A DNA stretch of 64,000 bases from Octopus sinensis (lineage: Eukaryota), in NCBI RefSeq assembly GCF_006345805.1, contig NC_043009.1, positions 48,546,001-48,610,000 on the forward strand, given 5' to 3'. This document shows, in pieces, positions 25,163 through 39,023 of the stretch. The position numbers and the translations under genes are program-made. The notes below the pieces were generated by a model, which was given only the letters and a program-made list of their open reading frames with translations, was not told the origin of the DNA and did no database searches. Numbering within the stretch: position 1 is the stretch's first letter; every line of letters starts with the position of its first letter.

Positions 25163-25530
25163 GGCATGGATCTATGGCTAATAATCTTAATGATGGAAGT
25201 GTTATCATGTACATTGTTTTGTCTTGGTATAAAAGATGGGCTACAGCAAATATTCTGCTCAATACCACAGATTTGCTTGTCAGTTGTTTGACCTTAACCA
25301 GTTGAGCATGTCCCTTAGTGGCTGACGATATGTGCATCTCTGATCACGAGCAGAAGTAGTGGGGGAGCATCATAGCCAGTGTTGAGAGGGATTCTTGGGT
25401 TTGAATAATTCACCTCTGGAAACACGGTGGTTCTTTCAACATCATTAAACAATCCTTATTCAGGGACCTTTGAGCGGGATGGGCTACTCAACCTGAAGAA
25501 AATTCTAACTGGGCCCCACCTGCAAGGTCA
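25163..25530. mobile_element. Family D repeat, partial tandem copy 2
   Basis: Repeats 24610-24968 and breaks off at ccacctgcaaggtca. Confidence 0.85.
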
Positions 25531-25534
25531 CCCT

Positions 25535-25790
25535 TTTGTCTCCTTTCCTTGTCAATAATCCCTTGCCATGTGATTTCCGGGCGCCCCACCGCTCATTTGC
25601 CCTCATACTACCACTTTTGTGCCACTATACCATCGCTTTCTCGATCTTGTCTGAGCACGTGTCCGATCCAGTCCGCCTCAATTGTGTTATTTCTGACTCT
25701 GCAACCACTCGATATCGAATATTCCAAGCATAACAGGTGTACGAATATATTTGATACGCCTCAGCTTCAGTAGCGCATGTTCGTGTGGAG
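25535..25790 (-). mobile_element. RTE-clade LINE, C-terminal fragment
   Basis: Minus strand WIGHVLRQDRESDGIVAQKW*YEGK*AVGRPEITWQGIIDKE matches the RTE tail pattern WIGHVLR...W.P.GKR.RGRP..TW. Confidence 0.7.
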
Positions 25791-25904
25791 AAAAAGAAGA
25801 ATATTTGAGTACATTAGAGCTTGTAATATGGGCCTATATTCGCATATATGATTCGCGGTGATTTTTTAAAAATATATCTTTACAAAGAAATGAATGTCCT
25901 ATAT

Positions 25905-26066
25905 ACAACGGCTTTCTTTCAGTTACCGTCTACAAAATCCACTCACAAAGCTTTGATCAAAAAGATGCTGACGCAGAAGACAACAGCTCAAGGTATCACG
26001 CATTGGGACTGAACCCGAAATCAGAGAGTTGGGAAGCAAACTTCTTACCACACAACCACACCTGCG
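25905..26066 (-). mobile_element. SINE family A head, degraded
   Basis: Reverse complement of gcaggtgtggttgtgtggtaagaagtttgcttcccaac...gggttcagtccc. Confidence 0.65.
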
Positions 26067-26136
26067 AAGCAAAAGCGGTAAATGATGTAGACAGGAGTAT
26101 AAATTAATCCTTGAGGACCATGTCTGAAACAGATCA

Positions 26137-27134
26137 CTGAAACAGATCGACGTCTCCAGTGCGAGCAGTGGCGTGCCTCAAGGTTCAGTGCTTGGGCCCT
26201 TATTGTTCTTAGTCTTCATAAATAACTTGCCCGACGACCTCACGCAACACACCCTTCTATTTGCCGATATTGTCAAACTGGTCGCTCCTCGTGGTGATAT
26301 AGAGGATCTTCGTCGATGCCTCCACCAATTTGGAGTTGGTCTAACGAATGGGACCTGTGTCTGAACGTGTCAAAGTGCTGTCATCTGCCTGTTGGCTCTC
26401 CTCCTGCAACTCAACTTGATTTCGAGCCGGGTCGTCTGCTGCTGGAGAGGACCGATCAGGTAACAGACCTGGTGGATTCCTCCTTTTCGCCTTCCGCCCA
26501 GTGCGTCCATGCTGCCAACAAAGCACGCGGAATTCTGTTCTTGATTCGACGGTCATTCGGAATACTCACAGCAGCCATATTCCTACCACTCTATGTCACG
26601 CTGGTGAGACCCATATTGGAGTACGGGATTCAAGCCTCTTCTCCTTATCTCCTCAAAGACATACAGCATCTCAAAAGAGTCCAGAAGCTGGCTACCCGCA
26701 TGGTTCATGGTCTCAAGAATTTGTCTTATGAAGAAAGGCTGAAGACACTCGACCTTTATTCTCTAGAAAAACGCCGCCGTCGTGGTGATCTCATTCTCGC
26801 TCACAACATCATAAGCGGAAAGTGTAACCTCTCGAAAGAGCTGTTCTTCACTCCTGCTCCAGAGCGTCGGCTGCGGGGTCATTCCGAAAAGCTCTACCTG
26901 CGACGATTTCATCTCAATCGAAGGAGAGGAGCTTTCTCCGTCCGGGTTGCGGATCCGTGGAACAAGCTGCCAGACGAGATGGTGAAGATGCCGACGACCG
27001 CTTTGTTCAAAGTCTCCCTTGACCCCAAGTGGCCTGAACTCTTTACATGAACACCACCCTGTACTTAACTCCATGTCCCCCTACATGGCCTGGCTTTTTG
27101 CTTTTGAGCCAAACAATTAACTAACTAACTAACT
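26137..27134 (+). mobile_element. 5'-truncated CR1-clade LINE (RT C-terminal half, 3' UTR, (TAAC)n tail), TSD AGATCA
   Basis: SSGVPQGSVLGPLLFLVFIN..LLFAD..KL, then W..LNVSKC, YVTLVRPILEYG..SPYL..DI..L.RVQKLATRM..LSYEERL..L.LYSLEKRRRRGDLI, F..RVADPWNKLP. AGATCA occurs at 26131-26136 and 27135-27140. Confidence 0.93.
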
Positions 27135-27242
27135 AGATCAGTTATCCTGTGGCTAAAAACACAATAGAAAAAGTGAACTAGTCGTAATGGCGACTCTACA
27201 TAGGTTTTTGAAGTGCTAGACATAATAGTTAGGAGAAACTAC

Positions 27243-27295
<53 letters not shown>

Positions 27296-28022
27296 GGGAA
27301 ACAGCAACAGCAATAGTAATAGTAGCAGCAGCATTAATCATTGTTGCTGTTTTGTTATTTAACATGAAATCAGCCCTGGAGGAGGAAACTTATGATCAAA
27401 GACAATCTAGCCATCACCAGCGCCTCGTTTTCACAAGCAGAGATTACATTAACCGAAAGGGCTCTGTTTATTAAATCTGGAACTTCAGCAGCGCTTTCTA
27501 GCACACCTTTTTACCAGGTAGTTGTACCTCTTTCTACACTCATATTCTCCCTCTTTCCCTCTCGATATATATATATATACATACATGTATACATGCACAC
27601 ACATACACACACATATACACACACATAACTATATAGTTTCTCCCTTTCTCTGATTCTCTCATTCTCTCATTCTTTCATTCTCTTACACTCTCATTCTCTG
27701 ATTCTCTCATGTATTGGCTCCGTTAGAGCAGGATGACAAGCAGAAAATGGAAATAAAATACACATTATGGGTAGATGTTTGTGGTTGGTTGTGTGTGGGT
27801 ATGGGTGCTTCGTTGGATATTTGCTTCAAGCCTGGTAGAGGTGTGGGTGGCCTGTCGGATGGTTGGCTGAATTTGATGAACATTTAAACCATAGAAATAA
27901 AAATAAAACAATGAAAACGAAAAAAGGAAAGGAGGAAAAATTTTGTAAAAGTATAAGAATGTAAAATCAACAGAGTGTATGTCTCAAATTTGTTTTCCAT
28001 AATAAGATATATATGTAGATAC

Positions 28023-28105
<83 letters not shown>

Positions 28106-28173
28106 ATATATATATATATACATTTATATATATATATCTATATATCTATCTATCTAGCTATCTATTTATATAC

Positions 28174-28206
<33 letters not shown>

Positions 28207-28444
28207 GAGACGAATATATCGATAAATTGATATAGGCTCATACACACATTTATACACACATATACACACACATATATAGATAGATGTATGTTTGCGCGGG
28301 TGCAAGCATGTGCGTGTGTGTACGTATGTATATATGTATGTATATATGATTTGCACGTATACATACGATTATATATACGTGTATGTGTGAGTATATGTAT
28401 ATATACATGAGCGTATATACATGTATATATATAGCTATATAGAT

Positions 28445-28861
28445 GCAGGAGTGACGGTGTGGTAAATGGCTTGCTTATCGAAACCACATGGCTCCGGGTT
28501 CAGTCCCATTGCGTCGTACCTTGGACACTCTTCTACTATAGCCTTGGGTAGACCAAAATCCTTGTGAGTTGATTTGGTAGACGGAAACTGATAAAAGACC
28601 GTCGTATATATATGTATATATATATACACATGTGTGTGTATATGTTTCTCTGTTTGTGTTTGTCCCGCCACCATCGATTAACTACCGATGTTGGCGTGTT
28701 TACGTCCTCGTAACCTAGCGGTTCGGCAAAAGTGAGCGATAGAATAAGTACTAGGCTCAAATCAATAAGCCCTGGTGTTGATTTGTTCGACTAAAGGTGG
28801 TGCTCCAGCATGGCCGCAGTCAAATGACTGAAACAAACAAGAGAATAAAAGAATAAAAGAT
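28445..28861 (+). mobile_element. SINE family A, near full length
   Basis: tRNA-like head (gtgtggtaa...gggttcagtccc), internal (TA/TG)n, tail gactaaaggtggtgctccagcatggccgcagtcaaatgactgaaac(aagaata)n. Confidence 0.85.
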
Positions 28862-28864
28862 GCC

Positions 28865-28912
<48 letters not shown>

Positions 28913-29032
28913 TATATACATACTATATATATAAATATACGTATATATAGAGAGATGGCCAGATAACCACTACGGCATCCGAAACACAGAGTTTTATCTT
29001 GGCTATTGAATAATTGTCACATATTATTTTAC

Positions 29033-29094
<62 letters not shown>

Positions 29095-29668
29095 GGAGGG
29101 AGAGAGATAGAAAGAGAGAGAGAGAGAGCAGTAGATATATAGATAAGCTGTATCAGCTTTCTGTCTACCTATGAATATATCTACCTATCTATCCCTGAAT
29201 GCATTTACCTCTCCATCCGTTCTCTGAGCTTGTCCGCATATCTGCCTCTGTCTATGCATATATTACTCAATGTCTACATAACTGTCGACATTGAATTAAT
29301 AAATCAATCAATCAATTATTCTATATATGCTAATTTGTCTACTATTCTTCTTGGTCAATACATCTCTGTGTATCACACTCAAATCTACCTGGAACTCCCC
29401 CTCATCTTCTCCTGTATTTCTCTCGCTATATACATATGTAAGTATGTCTGCATATGTCAGTGTGTGTGTGTGTGTGTGTGTGTGTCTGTACATGTGTGTA
29501 TGTACACATTCACACATATATGTATATGGATTAATTTTAAAAGGTGTACACGTTTTATGTATCCAGTTTCCTTTCTCTTGTTTTTATAGTGGTTCATAGT
29601 CACGTGCGTGTGTCTGTGTTGGTATATGTAATCAAATTACATGAGTATCTTTCTATCTATCTACCTAC

Positions 29669-29742
<74 letters not shown>

Positions 29743-29749
29743 ATATATC

Positions 29750-29780
<31 letters not shown>

Positions 29781-30045
29781 CTATTTACTCTCTATATTAT
29801 TCCCATTCCATATGTAAATATACCTATAAGGATATACATACCTAGAGACACACACATATAATACACATATATATTTGTATATATATATATATATATAGCT
29901 ATATATATGCATATATACATGTATGCGTAGATATGTATATATGTTCATATGTGTATATGTATGTACTATAGCCTTCTAATCTCTGTCTACCCAACCCTCC
30001 AAGTGAGTCTTCAACTATCCTATATTTCTAACTCTATCAAAATCC

Positions 30046-30123
<78 letters not shown>

Positions 30124-30554
30124 ATCTATCTATCTATCCATCTATCTATCTATCTTTGTTTCTATCCATCAAATTATCCATCCATTTATCTCTTCCGGTG
30201 TTTCAGGAGTCTACTGCCAGTTGAGGAGAAAAACCAATTTATGACCAGTGAACAGGAATAAATGGAAGACAGAAAATAAAAAGTTTACAAGTACACTCAC
30301 ACGCGCGCACACTCACACACTCACACACTCACACACACGTACACGCACACAGGAGCACGCATGCAAAAATACATATACATATATACACACACGAATATAT
30401 ATACCTATACACACATTTATATATTTGCACACCTACCTATCTATCTTTATATATATGCATGTATATATATACATACACACACGCGCACAAAGATGCATGC
30501 ACACACAGATAGAGACACACACACACACACATACACACACGCACACACAGACAG

Positions 30555-30606
<52 letters not shown>

Positions 30607-31059
30607 CCATTTATGTAAACACACACGCTTTGATACAGATATAGATAAATAGATAGATAGTTACATGCATGCATACATACATACATACATACATCCATAT
30701 ACATATACACACACACACATACATATATAATGTGTCTGTGTATTAGAAACTGGCCCGCACATCAAGGATTTATGTGGTAATGATTACTGTATTGCAGCAT
30801 TACCAACGACTATATTCTTAGCGACATCGTTTGCAACAACAACAACAACACGCATTACGATAGCAACAAGGAGAAAACCACGAAAAAGACATTAGCAACA
30901 GCATCAACAGCATCAGCGCAAAGAATAAGAAAATGAAGAGCTGCAATGTCAGCATATATATGGCCAGAAGAACAAACGCAAAAGCAATGTTTATAGCATC
31001 ACAAGGGAAACAATAAAGGCAACCATAAACCTCATCAGAAGCAGCGTTAGCAGTGCTAG

Positions 31060-31545
31060 CAACAACGACGACAAGAATATCGTCGTCAACAAGAACGTCA
31101 GCTACGTCAACAACAACAATAACGACAACGTGAACAACAACAACAGCAACAACGTCAAAAACAACAACAACGACAACGCTGCAACGTCAACAACAACAAT
31201 GATGACAACGTCAACAACGTCAACAACGACAACAACAACGACAACGCTGCAACGTCAACAACAACAATAACGACGACGTCAACAACGACAAAAGCAACGT
31301 CAACAACAACAACGTCAACGCTGCAACGTCAACAACAACGATAACGACAACGTCAACAACGTCAACAACAACAACAGCAACGTCAACAACAACAACAACA
31401 ACGCTGCAACGTCAACAACAACTAACGACAGCAACGTCATCAACAACAACAATGACAACGTCAATAACAACAACGTCAACAACAACAGCAACGTCAACAA
31501 CAACATCTTCAACACAACAACATCAACAACAACAACAGCTGTAGC
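31060..31545. repeat. (AAC)n-derived minisatellite with recurring aacgctgcaacgtcaac unit
   Basis: The unit recurs near 31174, 31243, 31317 and 31400. Confidence 0.85.
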
Positions 31546-32955
31546 AAACCAAAAAATCCGCCATATGGTTACTCTGCTTGCTAGAAATTGTAGTTGGTTT
31601 GTCCCTTTTCACATTCTGCTCTTATATAATAGTGACGGTTCAATAAAGTAATGTATTTTATGTACATTGTAAGAATGTAGGATGTTCATAGCTGGAATGT
31701 TTGAGATCGGTCGGGAGTTAAGCAAGAACAAGAACCGACCGCAGCGCCCTTCTAAGAAGTTAAAAACTCACACCATTCGTTTTACAAGACATACACCGAA
31801 AGGTGAACATGAACCAATGCATATACACTTTTATGCATACAAGCACTGGCCCATACACACTTATATACATCATCCACTCACACACAAGCAAACTTTTACA
31901 TGAAAATGCATACTTATATACACATATGCATGCACAGAGAAATACAGCTGTACACATCTTGCACACATGTATGGTTACATAGACTTGCAGAAACATCGTG
32001 CAGCAAAGACGATGCATTGACGTTTGTATGAGCTAGAAACACATTTAAAATTTGGTTATAATACGGATTACTTGAACGTTGCAAGAACACACTCCAGCAG
32101 TGTATATCCAGCGAGAGAACAGATAGAATATACTGGATGTAACCAGATATCTATAACATCTCACAACTACGCCAATAATTGTACGCTGCTATCTTCACAT
32201 TTTAAACACTTCTGTTGATGAGTTTCCTCCATGGAGACTCATTGACTTACCTCCAAAACGAACATAGAAAATTTTGCCTGTTCAGACCATGCTCTCAGCT
32301 CTGGATGTTACTTCCTTATTGCTGTGTACCTTGGAGCATGATACGTTCTTCCTGTTCACCTCCACTTATAATCATTAGCATCTGATCCACCAGTTTAGCT
32401 CCTGACTTAGCTTTACATACATTATTGCTTTGTCTTTTCTTGCCATTCTTACTGTTATTTCGGAAAGCAAACAAGTGGAGCGCAATATTGTCTGTCAATT
32501 CATTGACATTGATGCACTGCTGTCTTTTTTTATGTAACTAGAACAACATTTAAAACCCGGTTATATATTCAAATAAATTCTACTAAGAATTATTTAAGCG
32601 CTACTAGAACAAGGTCTAGCACAGTATACCTTGGAACCAATGACATGTAAATCGAGCCCCACTATTCAAAATTAGCTCTAAATGTATTTATATTGTACAG
32701 CAACATCAATAGAAATCATAAACGTGCTCGTCTTATTTTCCACAACATGCTCCGAGATGCGCTTCCTTCAGCTAACTTGTCTCATGTTGTCGAATTACAT
32801 TACTATCAGCTAATGCTACAGTTGTTCTTCTTTAAGCCCTACAATAAACTTCAATACAATGTCACCAAAATGGCCTTCCCATTTAGGTATTCACACACAC
32901 ACACACGCACACACACACACATATATATATATATACATATATATGTATATATATT

Positions 32956-33245
32956 AGAGGAAAAAAGACAACAAAAACCAAGGCAAGACAGGTATCACAA
33001 TTCATTTAGAATATTTAATTAGTGTAGGGTGAATTTTTACAGCTGTTTCTGGGATATCACAAGTGATAGGCTAGCATGTCCGTACACTAGATATTCTGTT
33101 ATCAGAAACAAGGTGTTCGGACATGCTAGCCTATCACTCGAGACATCCCAGAACCACCTGTAAGACTTCACCTTACCCTAATTAAATATTGTAAATGACT
33201 TGAGATACCTGTCTTGCTTTGGTTTCTGTTGTCCTTTTTTTCTTT
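32956..33245. mobile_element. Long inverted repeat (arms about 127 bp, spacer 35 bp), Penelope-like inverted pLTR with decayed hammerhead on the minus strand
   Basis: Left arm 32956-33082 and right arm 33118-33245 are reverse complements with scattered mismatches. Minus strand 33109-33034 reads gttt-CTGATAA-cagaatatc...gatatccca-GAAAC-AGCT-GTA. Confidence 0.7.
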
Positions 33246-33474
33246 AACATAATATATACCTGCTAACGCGGAAGCCTAATATGGGTCCCTAGGTCCAGCC
33301 TCAGCCGTGAACTTGGAACCTAACAGATGACCAATTATATCACTTACTCAGCGTATCTAATTTTTAGATCACCAGTAAATTAAAGCCTTCATATTCTACA
33401 CACACACAAACTCTCTCTCTCTCACACACACACAGACACACACACACACACACATATATATCCATAATATATTC

Positions 33475-33868
33475 TTTTCTACTCTAGGCACAAGGCCCGA
33501 AATTTTGGGGGAGGGCCTAGTCAATTACATCGACTCCAGTGCGTAACTGGTACTTAATTTATCGACCCCGAAAGGATGAAAAAGAAAGTTGACCTCGGCG
33601 GGATCTGAACTCAGAATGTAAATACAGACGAAATACCTATTTCTTTACTACCCACAAGTGACTAAACGCAGAGAGGACAAACAAGGACAGACAAACGGAT
33701 TAAGTCGATTATATCGATCCCAGTGCGTAACTGGTACGTATCTAATAGACCCCGGAATGATGAAAGACAAAGTCGACCTCGGCGGAATTTGAACTCAGAA
33801 CGCAAAGACAGACGACATACGGCTAAGCATTTCGCCCGGCGTGCTAGCGACTCCACCAGCTCACCGAC
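33475..33868 (-). mobile_element. SINE family B dimer (headed copy + headless copy)
   Basis: The body gtcgacctcggcggaatttgaactcagaa occurs twice; junction on minus strand is aaagaaata|ggtatttcgtc. Confidence 0.85.
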
Positions 33869-34706
33869 TTTGTATCCATAATATATTGTATCTAGTATCA
33901 GATCACCTAATATACATGTAGTTTATATTTTTAAACAAGTTAGTAGACTTGTGCTTGGTGTGAGGAATCGTCTGCCTGCTATTTCTTTCAGAGGAAGAAA
34001 CCACTATAACACTTTGCACATTATCTTATCCATATTGGTGTTTATCATTGTTTCTGCTTATCTAGTGCACTGTTGCTGCAATTTTTACAGCTTGTGCAAT
34101 AGCTGTTGTTGCTGCCGTTGGTTTTATTGCAGCTGGTTGTGAAGAAGATTCTAACAAGCAGAGGGATGCAATATCAAATCTGATTTTATGACTTTACACT
34201 GCAATTTCTCCCGAAAATTTTACTTACGTTAATATGTTGTTTTCTAAGATTGAGGCAAATAGCGCTTACTCAGGCAGAATAATACAAGCACACAGTATGT
34301 GTGTTCGTACATATGTATGCGTTCGTGTATTCGTGTATGTACGCACATATATGTGTATGTATGATGCTATGTATGTATGTACGTATGTATGTATGACTGT
34401 ATGTATGTATGTATGTATGTATGTATGTATGTATGTATGTATGTATGTATGAATTATGTATGCATGTATGTAGGGAGGTAGATAGGTTTATAGGCTTGTA
34501 GGTAGGTAGGTAGGTAGGTAGTGTAGGTAGGTGGGTAGGTAGATGAGTAGGTAGGCAGGTAGGTAAGTATATACGTTATGCATTATGTTGATGCTTCCAT
34601 CTGCAAATTTCAATCTATCTATCTATTTGCATATCAATCTATTTATCTATCTATCCAAATCTCTCTCTCTCTCTCTCTATCTCTATCTATCTATCTACCT
34701 ACCTAC

Positions 34707-34764
<58 letters not shown>

Positions 34765-34827
34765 GTATATCTAGCTATCTATTTGCATATCTCTTTCTCT
34801 CTCTCTCTCACTCTAACTCTTTCTCTG

Positions 34828-34883
<56 letters not shown>

Positions 34884-35066
34884 CATATCTACTTTTATAT
34901 CTTTCAATCTTCTGTCCTTCCTCACACAGTCTCTGTCTCACTCTCTGTCTCTGTCTCTCTCTCTTTCTCTCTCGCTTCACAAACATACACATATGTACAT
35001 GTAAGTAAGTAGAAATATGTGTAAGTGAATGTCCGTGTGTATGTATGTATGTATTTATGGATGTGT

Positions 35067-35110
<44 letters not shown>

Positions 35111-35479
35111 GTATACAAAGGCACACACAGAATATGTACACATACATGCAAAAGATGCATGCATTCCTAAACACACACACGTTTATGCACACAAACATAC
35201 ATACCTACAGGAATAGACATATACATCCACACGGAGATACGCACATACACACACACAAACACGAACACATAAACACACACACACACACACACACATACAT
35301 GCATACAAAAGCCCATATACACACATCCATACCCACATACGTACAGACATACACATTCCGTGGCCCAGGTGCAGATAATGTCAAGTTCAAAACGTGAAAC
35401 AAATAAAAAGAATATGAATCAACTCATTTCACAGTCGAATTATTTTTTCCGCAATCTCGTCTGCCATTATGGTTGTTGT

Positions 35480-35796
35480 TGTTGTTGTTTTTCGTATTGT
35501 TGTCGCTGTTGTTGTTGCAGTTGTTTCTTTTGTACTTGATGTAGTTTGTGGCATTGGTGATGGTAACGGTGGTGGTAGTGGTGGTGGTGTTACTGCCGTT
35601 TCTTGGATCCTCTGAGGTGGTCTTTCTTCTTATTTTTTCTTGTTGTTGTTGTTGTTCTAGTTGATAATGTTCTTGCTGTTGTAATTGCTGTTGTTCTTGT
35701 AACTGTTAATATTGTTGTTGATCGTGTACCTGTTGTTGTACTTGTCATTTCTGTTGCATTTGCTGTTACTTTTAGTTTGCTGTGAGTAGAAGAAAT

Positions 35797-35832
<36 letters not shown>

Positions 35833-35857
35833 AAGTAGTAGTACCAGCAGCAGCAGC

Positions 35858-35925
<68 letters not shown>

Positions 35926-36183
35926 AAAAAGAAGCTGAAGCATATGAAGGAAAGCATGAATAAAAAGTACTTGCAGTAGTGGTAGTGGTGGTGGTAGAGG
36001 TGGTTGTGTTGGCGGTGGTGGTGGTGCTGGTAGTGTTGGGGGTGTTGGTGGTATTGATGGTAGTGGTGGTGGTATTGTAGTAGTATCAACAGCTGCAATA
36101 GTATTATCATCATCATCACATCATCATCATTCTTCTTCTACTGTATTTGTTGTTGTTGTTGCTGTTATTATTATTATTATTAT

Positions 36184-36228
<45 letters not shown>

Positions 36229-36430
36229 AGAGAAGGGCAAGAAGAGAGAAAAAGGGAAAGAAGAGAGAAGAGGAAAAAGGAGAGAGAAGGGGAAGAAGGA
36301 GAGAGAAGGGGAAGAAGTAGAGAGAAGAGGAAGGAGGAGAGGGAAGAGGAAGAGGTAGAGAAAAGAGGAAGAAGGAGAGAGAAGAAGAAAAAGGAGAAAG
36401 AAGAGGAAGGAGAAGAGAGAAGAAAAGGAA
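35480..36430. repeat. Compound GTT/GTA/ATT/GGT/GAGAA low-complexity block
   Basis: Direct reading. Confidence 0.9.
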
Positions 36431-37121
36431 GAAAAAACGAATGAAATCAAAGAGATAAAAAAATGAAACAATTTGAAGGAAGGAAATAATCTTTGACAAA
36501 GATGAACTATTGATCAGGAAAGAAGTGAGAGGGTGTGGAGGTGGGTGGTGGTAAGATTATGTGTCATAAATCCCCTTGAGACACGGTAGGGGTGGGGGTG
36601 TGCATTAGTAATGAATGTACCGTGATATGGCCACCAGGGTGAATCCCACCAAGCCCACCACACCTACTTCACTACTTACAAAATGCCAGAGTTTGCGAAT
36701 ATGTCTCTAGTTGGCTACCAGATTCGTTAGAAATAGCAGTCAGATCTCTCTCCAAATGCAGTCATGCACGCAGCTTGATGTATTCAAAAGAGAGCAACTC
36801 ATTGTTGAGACTGTAGTTATAGCTATATAGTTCGTTGAGAATGTCATGGTTGGAACCATTTGATCATATGTGTACTCGGTCATAGATAAATATCAACAAC
36901 AACAACCGACAAGCAAATGCCCGAGTCCAATACGCTACACTGCTATATTGTACTACACCACACTACTGTAAGTAATAGTACACTATTGTACATTATACTA
37001 TATTTGTCTTCACGTTACCACAATGCTCTACGATATATTACATTAAATTTCATTACACAACACAACACTATATTACGCTAAATTCCACTCCTGTATACTT
37101 CATCGAGCCACCGATGGAGTA

Positions 37122-37337
37122 TGCGAGGGGGGCGGAAAAGTTCCTGGCTTTAATAATATTTTGAAAGGCCTGGTTGGAGGCCCAACATTCAGTGTTCTTT
37201 TACATGGCTTAAAAAACTTGAAGGACAGCTGCAATAACTGTGTATCTGAGAGGGGAATATGTTGAATAAAATCATAATTAACTGATCTTCCTGTATTTTC
37301 TTTTACCCAAATCTAGGAAATTTTCAATATCCCCTTG
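37122..37337 (+). mobile_element. Mariner-derived MITE / internal deletion derivative
   Basis: Imperfect TIRs (tgcgaggggggcggaaaagttcctggctt / aaatctaggaaattttcaatatccccttgta) in a TA context. The interior retains the mariner C-terminus ...ggggaatatgttgaataa (GEYVE*). Confidence 0.75.
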
Positions 37338-37959
37338 TATATCTGATTGCCCTGGTTTCTCGAAATAGTAACAAATTTTCGCTCCAGTTATGCCCTAGAG
37401 CCTTTACGATGTACAGCTAATTCAATGTATTGTAGATACACTTAAATCTCAATAAGAGTCGAAGAACCCACAATTAGAACTCATTTGATTCGAGGTCGGA
37501 TAAAATCAGAATTAACATATTAATCAGAATTAACAATAACACAACAACAATTGTAGCGTACCTACATTATAGTAGGTTGCCTAGCACTATAAATATTCGT
37601 ATAACAATACCAAAAGGCATCTAAGTACACATTTGCCGTCATTGGCAGAAACATTAGTGTCTCTTATCGATGCCGAAGTTAACTTCAACATTAAATATGG
37701 GTTCCATAAAATAAAGTAACGTTCTAGTGATGGGGTCAGTGTAATGAAATAAATCTTGCCTCAAAAGTGATCCCTAAATTAGAAACCATTATTCTTGAGG
37801 GAGTTGGATTAGCATATTCGTTAAGAAGTGGGACAAAAGGTAATTTTCCTAGTTTAACTATTGAAGTCATTTTGAGATATTTTCCCCTTGTCCGTTTATT
37901 CTGAGTTCAAATCCGCCTGAGGTGGACTCTGTCTGTCATCTTAGTTTATTAGTTTGTCG

Positions 37960-38460
37960 GGCCCAAAAGGACGAAAAGTAAAATCAAATTCAACGGAATT
38001 TGAACTCAGAACGTAAAGTTTGACGAAATGCCACTTTTTTACCGACTTGATAACCATTTTGCCGGCTCACCCCACTTAATAATCCTTTCTACTCAAGGCG
38101 CAAGACCTGAAATTTTGGGGAAGGGGACTAGTCGATTACATCACTGGTGCTTAATTTATGGATACCGAGGTGATGATAGGCAAAGTCGACCTCGGCGGAA
38201 TTTGAATTCCTTTCTGCTAGCTCGCCGCATTCACCCCACTTAATAATCCTCTCTATTATAGGCACAAGGCCTGAAGTTTTAGAGGAGGGGATTAGTCGAT
38301 TACATCATCACCAGATTTTCACTGGTGCTTAATTTATCGACCCCGAAAGGATAAAAGGCATGTCGACGTCGACAGAATTTGAAATCAGATCGTAGCGATG
38401 ACGAAATATCGCTGAGCATTTCGTCCAGCGCGCTAACGACTCTGCTAGTTCGCCGTCTTC
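37960..38460 (-). mobile_element. Cluster of about three SINE family B fragments
   Basis: Repeated ggaatttgaactcagaacgta and ggcacaaggcctgaa...gtcgattacatc segments. Confidence 0.75.
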
Positions 38461-38578
38461 ACATCACATAATAATGAAAATAATAAAACATCAGATTGTA
38501 CATAGGCATATATTATTTTACCATTCTTTCATAAGCAAAATAAAAGCATATACATATATATATATATGTATATGTAGA

Positions 38579-38803
38579 GGCGCAATGGCCTAGTGGTTAG
38601 GGCAGCGGACTCGCGGTCGCAGGATCGAGGTTTCGATTCTCAGACTGGGCGTTGTGTGTGTTTATTGAGCGAAAACACCTAAAAGCTCTACGAGGCTCTG
38701 GCAGGGGGTGGTGATCCCTGCTGTACTCTTTCACTACAATGGCGGTGCCCCAGCATGGCCACAGCTCAAGAGCTGAAACTGGAAAAACAAAAAAAACAAA
38801 AAA

Positions 38804-38807
<4 letters not shown>
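38579..38807 (+). mobile_element. SINE family C with intact Pol III boxes and A-rich tail
   Basis: A box TGGCCTAGTGG at 38586-38596, B box GGTTTCGATTC at 38629-38639, tail aaaaacaaaaaaaacaaaaaacaaaa. Confidence 0.8.
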
Positions 38808-38847
<40 letters not shown>

Positions 38848-38889
38848 AAACATACATTTACATATATGTGTGTGTGTATATATAATATG

Positions 38890-38974
<85 letters not shown>

Positions 38975-38976
38975 CA

Positions 38977-39023
<47 letters not shown>

